Source of the DNA: Candidatus Levyibacteriota bacterium
GTDB taxonomy: Bacteria > Patescibacteriota > Microgenomatia > Levybacterales > UBA12049
Direction of reading: 5' to 3'
Length of the DNA: 64,000 bases
NCBI GenBank assembly: GCA_029260965.1
Contig: JAJDCG010000001.1
Span: 312,012-376,011, forward strand
Part shown: positions 47,364 to 56,618 of the stretch, piece by piece
How positions within the stretch are numbered: the first letter of the stretch is position 1
How the letters are laid out: the number at the start of each line of letters is the position of its first letter
Notes under the pieces: model-generated
The model's input: the letters and a program-made list of their open reading frames with translations, nothing else
Databases searched by the model: none
What the model was told of the DNA's origin: nothing
Position numbers and translations under genes: made by a program

Positions 47364-48650
47364 ATGAAGATTACTATCGTAGGACATGGATATGTAGGTT
47401 TAGTTACGGCATGTGTTTTTGCTGATTTTGGCAATGATGTGTGGGTGATTGGTCGAAATCCTGAAAAAATTGAGAGATTAAAAAAAGGAGATCCTATTTT
47501 TTATGAACCTGAGTTAAAAGAGCTTTTGGGTAGCGTGCTCGAAAAGGGCAAGATACATTTTACTCTTGACTACAAAGAATCAGTGGGTGTATCAGATATT
47601 GTGTTTACTGCTGTAGGTACTCCTCCGCAGACAACTGGAGAGGCAGATCTTTCAATGGTGTTTGATGTTGCTGAGAAAATCGGTAAAAATTTGAAAAAGG
47701 GATTTACTGTTGTTTCTTGCAAGAGCACTGTTGCTGTAGGTACCAATAAAAAAGTTGCAGAGTTGATTGAGAAAGTGAAGCCAGTGGGTGCAGAGTTTGC
47801 AGTTGCATCCTGTCCTGAGTTTTTGAGTCAGGGTACAGCAGTTGATAACACGTTTCATCCCGACCGTGTGGTTATAGGCTCGGACTCTCAAAAAGCAATT
47901 GAGCTCTTGAAGCAGCTTCATGAGCCGATAGATGCGCCAAATATTGTTACAGACCTGGCATCAGCAGAGCTGATAAAATATTCGGCAAATGCGATGCTCG
48001 CAACTAAAATTTCGTATGCAAATGCAATAGCACTGTACTCTGAAAAGGCTGGTGCAAATGTGGAGTTGGTTTTGGATGCAGTTGGCATGGATAAGAGAAT
48101 AGGTCGTATATTTATGAATCCTGGAGTTGGTTATGGGGGTTCATGTCTCCCCAAAGACGTAAAGGCTCTTATTCAGATTGGCCGATCAATGGGCATTGAT
48201 ACAAGCTTTTTTGATGCAGTTGAAGAGGTAAATCTTGTTATGCGTCAAAACGTGATTGATAAGATCGTAAAACTCTCAAGAGATAAAAATATTGCGATAT
48301 TAGGTCTTAGTTTTAAGCCAAATACAGATGATATTCGTGAAGCTCCAAGCGTATACATTATTAAAGAACTTCTTGAAAGAGGATTTAGTATAAATGCCTA
48401 TGATCCAGAAGCGATGAACAAGGTTAAGGATGTAGTAGGTGAAAAGATTAATTATTTCGACAATCCATATGATGCTGCAGAGGGGGTTGATACGGTTGTT
48501 GTTCTTACTGAATGGAACGAATTTAGGGAACTTGATCTTGAGAAATTAAAGAAAGAAATGAAGGGAGATATATTAATTGACGGACGCAATATTTACAATA
48601 CCGAACGTGTTCGCAAAATAGGTTTGAAATATTTTGGTGTTGGTAGATAA
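47364..48650 (+). CDS. ugd: UDP-glucose 6-dehydrogenase family (nucleotide-sugar dehydrogenase)
   Basis: N-terminal Rossmann IVGHGYVGLV, catalytic GGSCLPKD, and the UDPG/MGDP dehydrogenase C-domain. Confidence 0.85.
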   Translation: MKITIVGHGYVGLVTACVFADFGNDVWVIGRNPEKIERLKKGDPIFYEPELKELLGSVLEKGKIHFTLDYKESVGVSDIVFTAVGTPPQTTGEADLSMVFDVAEKIGKNLKKGFTVVSCKSTVAVGTNKKVAELIEKVKPVGAEFAVASCPEFLSQGTAVDNTFHPDRVVIGSDSQKAIELLKQLHEPIDAPNIVTDLASAELIKYSANAMLATKISYANAIALYSEKAGANVELVLDAVGMDKRIGRIFMNPGVGYGGSCLPKDVKALIQIGRSMGIDTSFFDAVEEVNLVMRQNVIDKIVKLSRDKNIAILGLSFKPNTDDIREAPSVYIIKELLERGFSINAYDPEAMNKVKDVVGEKINYFDNPYDAAEGVDTVVVLTEWNEFRELDLEKLKKEMKGDILIDGRNIYNTERVRKIGLKYFGVGR

Positions 48651-48653
48651 AGA

Positions 48654-49610
48654 ATGAAAAGAGTACTTATTACAGGAGCAACTGGATTTGTAGGAAAGTA
48701 TCTGATTGACCACTTGGTAGAGATTGGTAATTCTGAAATTTTTGGCACATCCTACGTTGATTCTGATCTTTCTCAGTTTTCGAAACAAAAAAATGTTAAA
48801 ATTAAAAAAGTTGATTTAACAAGTTTTGATCAAACAAAAAATCTGATAGATGATATAAAACCTGATCAAATTTATCATCTTGCAGCCCTCACATCTCCTG
48901 CTGATAGCTTTACTGACGGAACAAGAGTTATTTTGTCAAACATCGGAATTCAGATGAATCTTTTGAATGCTGTGAGGGGATCGAAGCTTGATAAGACTCG
49001 AGTTTTAATAGTTTCCTCAGGTGAGGTGTATGGCATGGTTGATCAATCTGATTTACCTATCAATGAGGAGACGAAGATGCGCCCTGCAAATCCATACGCG
49101 GTATCAAAAATAGCACAAGACTATCTGGCACTACAATACCATCTCTCATATAAAATGAATATTGTCCGCATCCGACCTTTTAATCATACAGGGCCGGGCC
49201 AGACTGATACATTTGTTGTCCCAGCTTTTGCCCGTCAAATTGCAGAAATAGAAAAGGGACAAAAAGATCCTGTCATAAAAGTCGGGAGTCTTGATGCAAA
49301 ACGTGATTTTTCAGATGTCCGTGATGTTGTCAGGGGTTACGTGCTTCTCATGGAAAAAGGAGAAAGCGGAGAGGTGTATAATCTCGGTTCAGGAAAATCT
49401 CTAAAAATACAATCAATTCTGGATACACTTCTTTCCTTTTCTGATATAAAAATTATAGTTGAGAAAGATCCTGCCAGAATGCGTCCGATTGAAGTGCCTG
49501 AGATTTATTCGAATTTTTCTAAAGTTGCGAAAGCAACAGGTTGGAAGCCAGAGATTGGTATTGAAAAAACATTGAAAGACACTCTGGACTATTGGAGAGG
49601 AGTAGTTTAG
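48654..49610 (+). CDS. NAD-dependent epimerase/dehydratase, probable GDP-4-keto-6-deoxy-D-mannose reductase (Rmd-like)
   Basis: ITGATGFVG, YAVSK, and IRPFNHTGPGQ (the Gmd/Rmd-clade signature). It sits immediately upstream of gmd. Confidence 0.55.
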   Translation: MKRVLITGATGFVGKYLIDHLVEIGNSEIFGTSYVDSDLSQFSKQKNVKIKKVDLTSFDQTKNLIDDIKPDQIYHLAALTSPADSFTDGTRVILSNIGIQMNLLNAVRGSKLDKTRVLIVSSGEVYGMVDQSDLPINEETKMRPANPYAVSKIAQDYLALQYHLSYKMNIVRIRPFNHTGPGQTDTFVVPAFARQIAEIEKGQKDPVIKVGSLDAKRDFSDVRDVVRGYVLLMEKGESGEVYNLGSGKSLKIQSILDTLLSFSDIKIIVEKDPARMRPIEVPEIYSNFSKVAKATGWKPEIGIEKTLKDTLDYWRGVV

Positions 49611-49621
49611 AATAATAAATT

Positions 49622-50593
49622 ATGAAGAAAGCTTTAATAACAGGAATAACTGGACAAGATGGATCATATCTTGCTGAATTTCTTTTGAGCAAAGGCTACA
49701 AGGTTTATGGTACTGTTCGTAGGCTTAGTGCTCCAAATATCGGAAACATAAAACATTTTCAGGATAAAGTAGAGTTATTATCTGCTGATCTTTTTGATCA
49801 GTCTTCTATTTCTCAGGCATTGACAAAATCAGAACCAGATGAAGTGTATAATCTCGCAGCTCAATCTTTTGTGAAAGCATCATTTGATCAACCAGTTCTA
49901 ACTGGAGAATTTACAGGAATAGGTGTTACAAAAGTGTTGGAGGCGATAAGATCAGTTAACAAAAAAATAAAATTTTACCAAGCATCAAGTAGTGAGATGT
50001 TTGGAAAAGTTACTGAGACTCCACAGAAAGAGACAACCAGGTTTTACCCTCGTAGTCCATATGGTGTTGCCAAAGTTTATGGACACTACATAACCATGAA
50101 TTATCGCGAGAGCTATGATATGTTCGCATGCTCGGGAATTTTATTCAACCATGAATCGCCAAGGCGGGGAATAGAGTTTGTAACTCGCAAGATTACCAAT
50201 GCTGTCGCGCGGATAAAACTTGGCAAGCAGGAGAAACTGGAGCTTGGGAATATGGATGCCAAACGCGACTGGGGATTTGCTGGAGATTATGTGGAGGCAA
50301 TGTATCTCATGCTGCAGCAGGACGTGCCTGATGATTATGTGGTAGCAACAGGGGAAGCGCATTCTGTTCGCGAATTTGTGGAGCTAGCCTTTGAAGCTGC
50401 GGGTATCAGTGACTGGGAGAAGTATGTGGGTTCTGATAATCCTGACTTTTTGCGCCCTGCGGAAGTTGACTACCTGATAGGTGATGCCAGTAAAGCCAAG
50501 AAAGTTCTTGGATGGACACCCAAAACAAGTTTTAAAAAGCTTGTTGAAATGATGGTCAAATCCGATCTGGATCGGGTAAAAGCCGAAAGATAA
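49622..50593 (+). CDS. gmd: GDP-mannose 4,6-dehydratase
   Basis: [34 protein letters not shown] are Gmd hallmarks. Confidence 0.9.
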   Translation: MKKALITGITGQDGSYLAEFLLSKGYKVYGTVRRLSAPNIGNIKHFQDKVELLSADLFDQSSISQALTKSEPDEVYNLAAQSFVKASFDQPVLTGEFTGIGVTKVLEAIRSVNKKIKFYQASSSEMFGKVTETPQKETTRFYPRSPYGVAKVYGHYITMNYRESYDMFACSGILFNHESPRRGIEFVTRKITNAVARIKLGKQEKLELGNMDAKRDWGFAGDYVEAMYLMLQQDVPDDYVVATGEAHSVREFVELAFEAAGISDWEKYVGSDNPDFLRPAEVDYLIGDASKAKKVLGWTPKTSFKKLVEMMVKSDLDRVKAER

Positions 50594-50645
50594 TTACCAA
50601 TCCTCTCTATTTCAAAACCCTCCAAATTTTAGTAAGATATACATT

Positions 50646-51608
50646 ATGTTAAAAGTATTGATTGCAGGTGGTGCTGGGTTTATCGGGTCGCATTTGTGTA
50701 AAAAATTCATTGAAAGAGGAGACAGTGTTTATTGTATAGACAATCTCATTACCGGGGATAAAAATAATATAATTCCACTTCTTGATAATCCTAATTTCAA
50801 CTATCTAGAATACGATATAACCAATTCTCTGGTTGAAATGTTATCGAAAATAGGAGACCTTGATTATGTTTTGCATCTGGCCAGTCCAGCCAGCCCCAAT
50901 AAAAATAGTCCCAGAAGTTATATAAATTTTCCGATTGAGACCCTTCTTGCCAATTCACTTGGCACATATAATCTGCTAAATATTGCCAAAGAGAAACAGA
51001 GCCGTTTTCTTTTCGCATCAACCTCCGAAGTATATGGAAATCCCGAGGTCACACCTCAACCAGAGTCTTACTTTGGGAACGTAAATCCCAATGGTGTTAG
51101 ATCTGTTTATGATGAAGGTAAGAGGTTTAGTGAGGCAATGACGTTTGGTTATAGGAGAAAATTTGGTATTGATGCAAGAATTATCCGTATTTTCAATACC
51201 TATGGTCCTTTCATGCAAAAAGATGATGGACGTGCGGTTTCGGAATTTATTAACCAAGCAATTGCTAACGTCCCAATTACTGTATTTGGAGACGGACAAC
51301 AAACAAGAAGTTTTTGTTATATTGATGACATGGTCGAGGGCATCATGAAGGCAATTGAGGCAAAAGAAACAGCTGGTGAGGTTATAAACCTAGGGAATCC
51401 TGATGAAAGAAAAATATCAGATATTGCAGCAATAATAAAACAGATGACAGGGAGTAGTTCTGAGGTTGTGTTTCAAGAATTACCCCAAGATGACCCCAAG
51501 GTCAGAAAGCCTGATATAACAAAAGCAAAGGAACTACTCGGCTGGGAGCCGACAATAAGTCTTGAGGAAGGACTTAAGCAAACTATTCTCTATTTTAGAA
51601 ACACATGA
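50646..51608 (+). CDS. uxs: UDP-glucuronate decarboxylase (UDP-xylose synthase family)
   Basis: IAGGAGFIGSHL...DNLITGDKNNI...YDEGKR is collinear with UXS/ArnA-decarboxylase-type SDRs. Confidence 0.75.
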   Translation: MLKVLIAGGAGFIGSHLCKKFIERGDSVYCIDNLITGDKNNIIPLLDNPNFNYLEYDITNSLVEMLSKIGDLDYVLHLASPASPNKNSPRSYINFPIETLLANSLGTYNLLNIAKEKQSRFLFASTSEVYGNPEVTPQPESYFGNVNPNGVRSVYDEGKRFSEAMTFGYRRKFGIDARIIRIFNTYGPFMQKDDGRAVSEFINQAIANVPITVFGDGQQTRSFCYIDDMVEGIMKAIEAKETAGEVINLGNPDERKISDIAAIIKQMTGSSSEVVFQELPQDDPKVRKPDITKAKELLGWEPTISLEEGLKQTILYFRNT

Positions 51609-52768
51609 AGATTGTTGTAATACTACCTACATATAACGAGCGAGAAAATATAAAAGAAATGTTACCTCTTCTCGAGGAGAAAATTTTTCCACAGATCAAA
51701 AATCATGATATGCAAATTTTAGTAGTTGATGATAATTCTCCTGATGGTACCTCAATTGAAGTGAGAAATTTCATGAAGAAATGGAAAAATATAGATCTTT
51801 TGAGTGGTGATAAAAACGGCCTGGGTGCTGCATACGTGCGTGGGATGAAGCATGCTATGGGAAAGATGAAGGCAGGGGCAGTGATGGAATTCGATTCTGA
51901 TTTTCAGCATGATCCACAGGATATACCACGTTTGGTTGACGCGCTGGATCTGGGTGCAGATTACGTGATTGGTAGTCGTTATGTAAAAGGAGGATCAATT
52001 CCCAAGGAGTGGGGAATTGATAGAAAATTTTTGAGTGTTTTTGGCAGTCTTTTTACCCGAATTGTCTGGCTAAATTTTCAGATACATGATATGACATCTG
52101 GATTCAAGCTTACAAAAACTGAATTTCTTAAAAAAATTGATCTAGATAATCTGATTTCTAATAATTTCGCATATAAGATGCAAATACTTCATGATGTCGT
52201 AAAAAAAGAGGCAAAAGTAGTCGAGGTGCCAATAGCATTTCTAGAGCGGGAGAAGGGAGCAAGTAAAATTTCTAAGAAAGATCAATTTGAGTCGCTATAT
52301 GTTGTCCTTAGACTTGCTGTGTACGATCATAAAAGATTTGTGAAATTTTTGATTGTTGGCGGAACGGGATTCTTGATCCAATATGTTGTTCTGTATCTTT
52401 CTGTAAGTGCGAATCTTGAACAATTTGTAGGCGCTGGGTTGTCAGCAGAAGCAGCAATTCTTTCGAATTTTTTCCTTAATAATATTTGGACTTTTAATGA
52501 CACGAAGGAGGTCAAAGAAAAGGGAAATATTTTTGCAAGGCTCATCAAGTTTAATACTGCTTCCCTTGGTGCAATTGGCATTCAGACGCTTTCTATATAT
52601 ATTGCTGTTAAGCTTTTGGGTGAAAAGATTTCTATACTTGGCCATGCGGTACATACTTCCTTTATTGTTTTATTGCCTACGATTGTACTTTTGGTAATAC
52701 CACTGAATTATTTTATTTACAATAAGCTAATTTGGAAAACACAATACCTCAAGAAAAAACAGATTTGA
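51605..52768 (+). CDS. Polyprenyl-phosphate glycosyltransferase (DPM1/ArnC-like GT2) fused to a C-terminal GtrA-like membrane domain
   Basis: N-terminal GT2 (VVILPTYNEREN...VVDDNSPDGT) followed by a ~120-aa 4-TM GtrA-like domain. Confidence 0.75.
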   Translation: MKIVVILPTYNERENIKEMLPLLEEKIFPQIKNHDMQILVVDDNSPDGTSIEVRNFMKKWKNIDLLSGDKNGLGAAYVRGMKHAMGKMKAGAVMEFDSDFQHDPQDIPRLVDALDLGADYVIGSRYVKGGSIPKEWGIDRKFLSVFGSLFTRIVWLNFQIHDMTSGFKLTKTEFLKKIDLDNLISNNFAYKMQILHDVVKKEAKVVEVPIAFLEREKGASKISKKDQFESLYVVLRLAVYDHKRFVKFLIVGGTGFLIQYVVLYLSVSANLEQFVGAGLSAEAAILSNFFLNNIWTFNDTKEVKEKGNIFARLIKFNTASLGAIGIQTLSIYIAVKLLGEKISILGHAVHTSFIVLLPTIVLLVIPLNYFIYNKLIWKTQYLKKKQI

Positions 52769-52770
52769 TT

Positions 52771-54303
52771 ATGGGAAAGAAAACTAAATTAATTATTTTA
52801 ATTTTAATACTCGCACTTTCGATTTTCCTTCGCCTCTATCGCATTTCAGATTATATGACTTTTTTGGGAGATGAGGGTAGAGACGTGGCAGTTGCTAGAG
52901 AAATACTTCATGGGGATTTCACCCTTCTTGGACCTCGAGCATCAGCAGGAGATTTTTTTCTTGGTCCTATTTATTACTACATGATAACGCCATTTTTGTG
53001 GATATTTAACTATGACCCTGTTGGTCCTGCTGTAATGGTTGCCTTATTTGGTGTGGCGACTGTGTATCTGGTTTATTTTACAGGTAAAAAGTTTTTTGAC
53101 GAGCGGGCAGGACTTTTTGCGGCCAGTTTGTATGCGGTCTCGCCACTTGTGATTACTTATTCTCGATCATCCTGGAATCCCAATGTCTTACCTTTTTTCG
53201 CACTTCTCATAATGTATGTAGTATATAAAGCGACATACAGAAAAGACGCATGGAAATTTTACTTATTGGCAGGATTTCTTCTCGGGATTGCGCTACAACT
53301 TCATTATTTAGCATTGCTTTTAGGAGTTATAGTTGGTGTATATGTAGTATCGGCATCACTTTTTTTGAATAAGAAAAAATCTGTTCTGACTGTCCCGAAG
53401 AATTATCTCGAGATACTGATAGGTTTTCTGATAGGTTTTTCGCCCTTTTTGGCATTTGAGATAAGACATGGATTCCCGAATATAAAAACTATTTCGGGAT
53501 TCATTCTGGGTGACACCCTAAATAAGGGTTATGATGCAGGTATTAGTTATTTTACCATAGTTGTGGATGTGTTTTTTAGAACTTTTGGCAGGCTTGTTTT
53601 TAATTTTCCAACTCCTGACCGCTACGAAAAATTTTCTCAACTCACACTGGATGTTTTTGGAGCCATAATTGTTCTGATTGCTTTTGCTTCTATCATTGCA
53701 TTGTTTTTCCGAAAAGATAAGCTTTCGGTAAGACTTCTTTTGATATGGCTTGTTTTTGGTTTGTTGCTTTTTGGTTTCTACAAAAAGCCTATTTTTGATT
53801 ATTATCTTACATTTCTTTTCCCACTACCATTTCTACTTGTGGGCAGCATGCTTTCTTTTCTTTCGAATTGGGAGAAGCGGACTGGATTTACCTTGAGTAT
53901 TATTTTGTTTGCTGGTGTTTTTGCCTACAATTTAACAGGTGTGCCTTTTCTTGATGAGCCCAATAGGCAGAAAGATCAGATAAAAACAATATCAGAATTT
54001 GTAATTGAGAAGTCTGATTACAAACCATATAATTTTGCGCTTTTAGCAAGTGGTAATTCAGATCATGGGTATCGTTATTACTTTGACATACTTGGGCATG
54101 AGCCTGTGAGGATCGATAATACGATAGATGATCCAGAAAGAAAAACTGTTACTGATCAGCTGCTTGTTGTTTGTGAGGAAAAAGTTTGTGAACCACTGGG
54201 GCATCCGCTTTTTGATATTGCAGGTTTTGGTAGGGCAAGCGTTGAGGAGGAGTGGAGTATTTCAGTTGTTAAAGTTTATAAACTCGTCCCTTATGTTGAG
54301 TAA
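52771..54303 (+). CDS. ArnT/PMT-family (GT83/GT39-like) polytopic membrane glycosyltransferase
   Basis: ATG 52771 (track start is TTG). N-terminal pattern RLYRISDYMTFLGDEGRDVAVARE..., with an Asp/Glu-rich first loop and ~12 TM helices. Confidence 0.7.
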   Translation: MGKKTKLIILILILALSIFLRLYRISDYMTFLGDEGRDVAVAREILHGDFTLLGPRASAGDFFLGPIYYYMITPFLWIFNYDPVGPAVMVALFGVATVYLVYFTGKKFFDERAGLFAASLYAVSPLVITYSRSSWNPNVLPFFALLIMYVVYKATYRKDAWKFYLLAGFLLGIALQLHYLALLLGVIVGVYVVSASLFLNKKKSVLTVPKNYLEILIGFLIGFSPFLAFEIRHGFPNIKTISGFILGDTLNKGYDAGISYFTIVVDVFFRTFGRLVFNFPTPDRYEKFSQLTLDVFGAIIVLIAFASIIALFFRKDKLSVRLLLIWLVFGLLLFGFYKKPIFDYYLTFLFPLPFLLVGSMLSFLSNWEKRTGFTLSIILFAGVFAYNLTGVPFLDEPNRQKDQIKTISEFVIEKSDYKPYNFALLASGNSDHGYRYYFDILGHEPVRIDNTIDDPERKTVTDQLLVVCEEKVCEPLGHPLFDIAGFGRASVEEEWSISVVKVYKLVPYVE

Positions 54304-54304
54304 T

Positions 54305-54335
54305 CAAAAAAATCCCCCACCAGTAGGTGAGGGAT
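54305..54335 (-). terminator. Hairpin (ATCCCCCACC AGTA GGTGAGGGAT) with a T7 run on the minus strand; probably a bidirectional terminator
   Basis: Forward 54312-54335 stem; forward A7 at 54305-54311 gives TTTTTTT 3' of the hairpin on the minus strand. It follows the 49-aa zinc-ribbon gene and the plus-strand ArnT-like gene. Confidence 0.4.
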
Positions 54336-54389
54336 TTCCAGTTATTAGTTGTTCCCTGAAGTTATTTTAAACAACTTCAAAGAGATAAG

Positions 54390-54539
54390 TTAGTTTGCTC
54401 CTATTTTGTACATTCCTGTACCACAAACTGGACACTTACCCTTGGTAGCTGGTTTACCGTTTTTCATTGTTACGTCTTCTGCATTTTCAAAATCTCTTTT
54501 CGCTCTGCATTTTACGCAATAACCTACTTTTGCTGGCAT
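54390..54539 (-). CDS. 49-aa zinc-ribbon protein (MPAKVGYCVKCRAKRDFENAEDVTMKNGKPATKGKCPVCGTGMYKIGAN), DUF5679-like
   Basis: AAAGGAGGTGA SD 8 nt upstream of the ATG (54537-54539). CxxC...CPVC zinc ribbon; followed by a terminator. Below the ORF-track length cutoff. Confidence 0.5.
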   Translation of the reverse strand: MPAKVGYCVKCRAKRDFENAEDVTMKNGKPATKGKCPVCGTGMYKIGAN

Positions 54540-54588
54540 AGTTTTATTCACCTCCTTTCATATTTCTTTTATTTATCATGTTTCGTAT

Positions 54589-54864
54589 TTACAGAAAGAG
54601 TTTGATTAATACCTCAATCATCATGATTACGCCAGTGAAAACAACAGTTTTTCTAAGATCTTTTGTAAAGTCTCTACTATTCAGGGCCTTAGATTGACTA
54701 TCAGTAGGTGTATAACTAAAAGTAGGACTTTGAAATTCTGTTTGTGGTTGATGAGTGGTAAAGTGTTGTTTTTCCTGTGGAATTTGGGCAATTTGATAAT
54801 TCATAGCCTGCCGTTTAGTTTCGGCAAGAATTTTTTCTCTCCTGGTTTTTTTTCGTTTAGCCAT
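54589..54864 (-). CDS. Hypothetical 91-aa protein, basic N-terminus and C-terminal TM
   Basis: ORF only, with no clear SD. It lies 49 nt upstream of the zinc-ribbon gene on the same strand. Confidence 0.3.
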   Translation of the reverse strand: MAKRKKTRREKILAETKRQAMNYQIAQIPQEKQHFTTHQPQTEFQSPTFSYTPTDSQSKALNSRDFTKDLRKTVVFTGVIMMIEVLIKLFL

Positions 54865-54921
54865 GAGTTAGCCTAGATTACACTATTGACAGCTTCGGTG
54901 TCAAGAGGCTAATATAAATAA

Positions 54922-55386
54922 ATGCCATTTCCTATAATCCTCGGATTTTCTCTATTAATACTTGTCTGGTTGTCAGCGCTTACTTTCTACCTCGTGCGTA
55001 CTGTTAGAAACTATACAGTATTTACGAGTGGTGTAAACAAGAAAACCCTCGAAGAAGTATTGACACGTATGGTTGGTGAGCAGAAATTGGCTAGAAAAGA
55101 TATTGCATATTTAAGTGAGCGATGTGATAATATAGAGAGACGAGAGTTGTTGCATATTCAAAAAATAGGTCTCTTGAGGTTCAATCCATTCAAGGATACT
55201 GGGGGCGATCAGAGCTTTGTCCTATCATTAATTGATGCAAAAGATACAGGAGTTGTAATTACAGCGCTGTATTCTAGGTCAGGAACCAGATGGTACGCAA
55301 AGAAAGTGATAAATGGAAAGGGTGTTGAGCATGAACTCTCAAGCGAAGAAGTAAAATCATTAAAGATTGCAAAAAATGATGAATAA
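54922..55386 (+). CDS. DUF4446-family membrane-anchored protein
   Basis: N-terminal TM plus the conserved RFNPF...GGDQSF...LD core that I associate with DUF4446. Confidence 0.55.
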   Translation: MPFPIILGFSLLILVWLSALTFYLVRTVRNYTVFTSGVNKKTLEEVLTRMVGEQKLARKDIAYLSERCDNIERRELLHIQKIGLLRFNPFKDTGGDQSFVLSLIDAKDTGVVITALYSRSGTRWYAKKVINGKGVEHELSSEEVKSLKIAKNDE

Positions 55387-56536
55387 AAAAATTTTAATAT
55401 TAATTTCAATAGGACTATACTTAATATCTACAGGTGTCTCGTATTTTCTTTTTTCTGGATCCTCTGTTGCTCAGGGAGGAGAAGTAGATATACCAAAATC
55501 AGCAAAAATTGATAATGACTATGAAGCGATAACTTTTGATCCTAACGCACCAAAAACAGAAGAATGTCCTCTCAATGGCGCGATGTATTCAAAAGAACAG
55601 CGCGCATGGTGGGAAAGTCATAGGCCACTTGGAGTTATGATCGAGAACCACGTTGAATCTCGACCGCAGTCAGGCATTAATGCAGCTGATGTTACTTATG
55701 AAGCTGTTGCCGAGGGTGGGATAACCAGGATGCTGAATGTCTATCATTGTAATGATGCTGGTATAGTTGGTCCTGTGAGATCAGCACGAACATATTTTCT
55801 TGATTATATATCAGAATATGGAGATTACCCACTTTATGCACATGTAGGTGGAGCAAATACTCCAGGTCCAGCTGATGCTTTGGGTCAGATAGATCAGTAT
55901 GGTTGGGGTGGATATAACGACCTTAACCAATTTGCCATAGGCTTCCCCACTTTCAGAAGAGATCAGACGAGGCTGGGAAGAACAGTTGCGACAGAACACA
56001 CTATGTATTCTGTCACCAACAAGCTTTGGGAGGTTGGAAAGGAACGCGGGCTTACGGATGAAGACGAAGATGGTAATTCTTGGAGCGAGAATTTTGTGCA
56101 GTATTCTTTCAAGGACGATAGTCCATCAGGCAGGAAACAGACAGTTGATGTTGATTTTTGGGAGGGAGCTGCCTATGCAGTCAGGTGGATTTATGATTCT
56201 GAAAAAAATATATATCTCAGGCAGAATGGTGGAGAAGACCATATAGACCGCAATACAAAAGAGCAACTAAAGGCTAAGAATCTGGTTGTTCTTTTCATGA
56301 GCGAGCGTCGCGCAAACGACGGTTATGAGGGCAATGTCCATCTTCTTTATGGAACAGTGGGTTCGGGAGACGCACTAGTTTATCAGGATGGTAGAGAGAT
56401 AGAGGCTACATGGGAGAAATCGGATCGTGAATCAAGAACAATAATCTATGATGAAAACGGAGATGAGATAGAATTTAACAGAGGTAAAATCTGGTTTATG
56501 ATAGAACCCCTAGATGGAACTGTTACCGCAAAGTAG
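55376..56536 (+). CDS. DUF3048 (YerB-like) secreted/lipoprotein-like protein
   Basis: Signal/TM, then a GVMIENH...VRSARTYFLDY...YAHVGG pattern matching DUF3048. First ATG is at 55376. Confidence 0.7.
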   Translation: MMNKKILILISIGLYLISTGVSYFLFSGSSVAQGGEVDIPKSAKIDNDYEAITFDPNAPKTEECPLNGAMYSKEQRAWWESHRPLGVMIENHVESRPQSGINAADVTYEAVAEGGITRMLNVYHCNDAGIVGPVRSARTYFLDYISEYGDYPLYAHVGGANTPGPADALGQIDQYGWGGYNDLNQFAIGFPTFRRDQTRLGRTVATEHTMYSVTNKLWEVGKERGLTDEDEDGNSWSENFVQYSFKDDSPSGRKQTVDVDFWEGAAYAVRWIYDSEKNIYLRQNGGEDHIDRNTKEQLKAKNLVVLFMSERRANDGYEGNVHLLYGTVGSGDALVYQDGREIEATWEKSDRESRTIIYDENGDEIEFNRGKIWFMIEPLDGTVTAK

Positions 56537-56618
56537 TGATAAATATTGATTTAATCTGGATTCTAGATGTTGACAATATCTGATAGAAAACTATATGCTA
56601 TCTATAGTATAGGCTACA

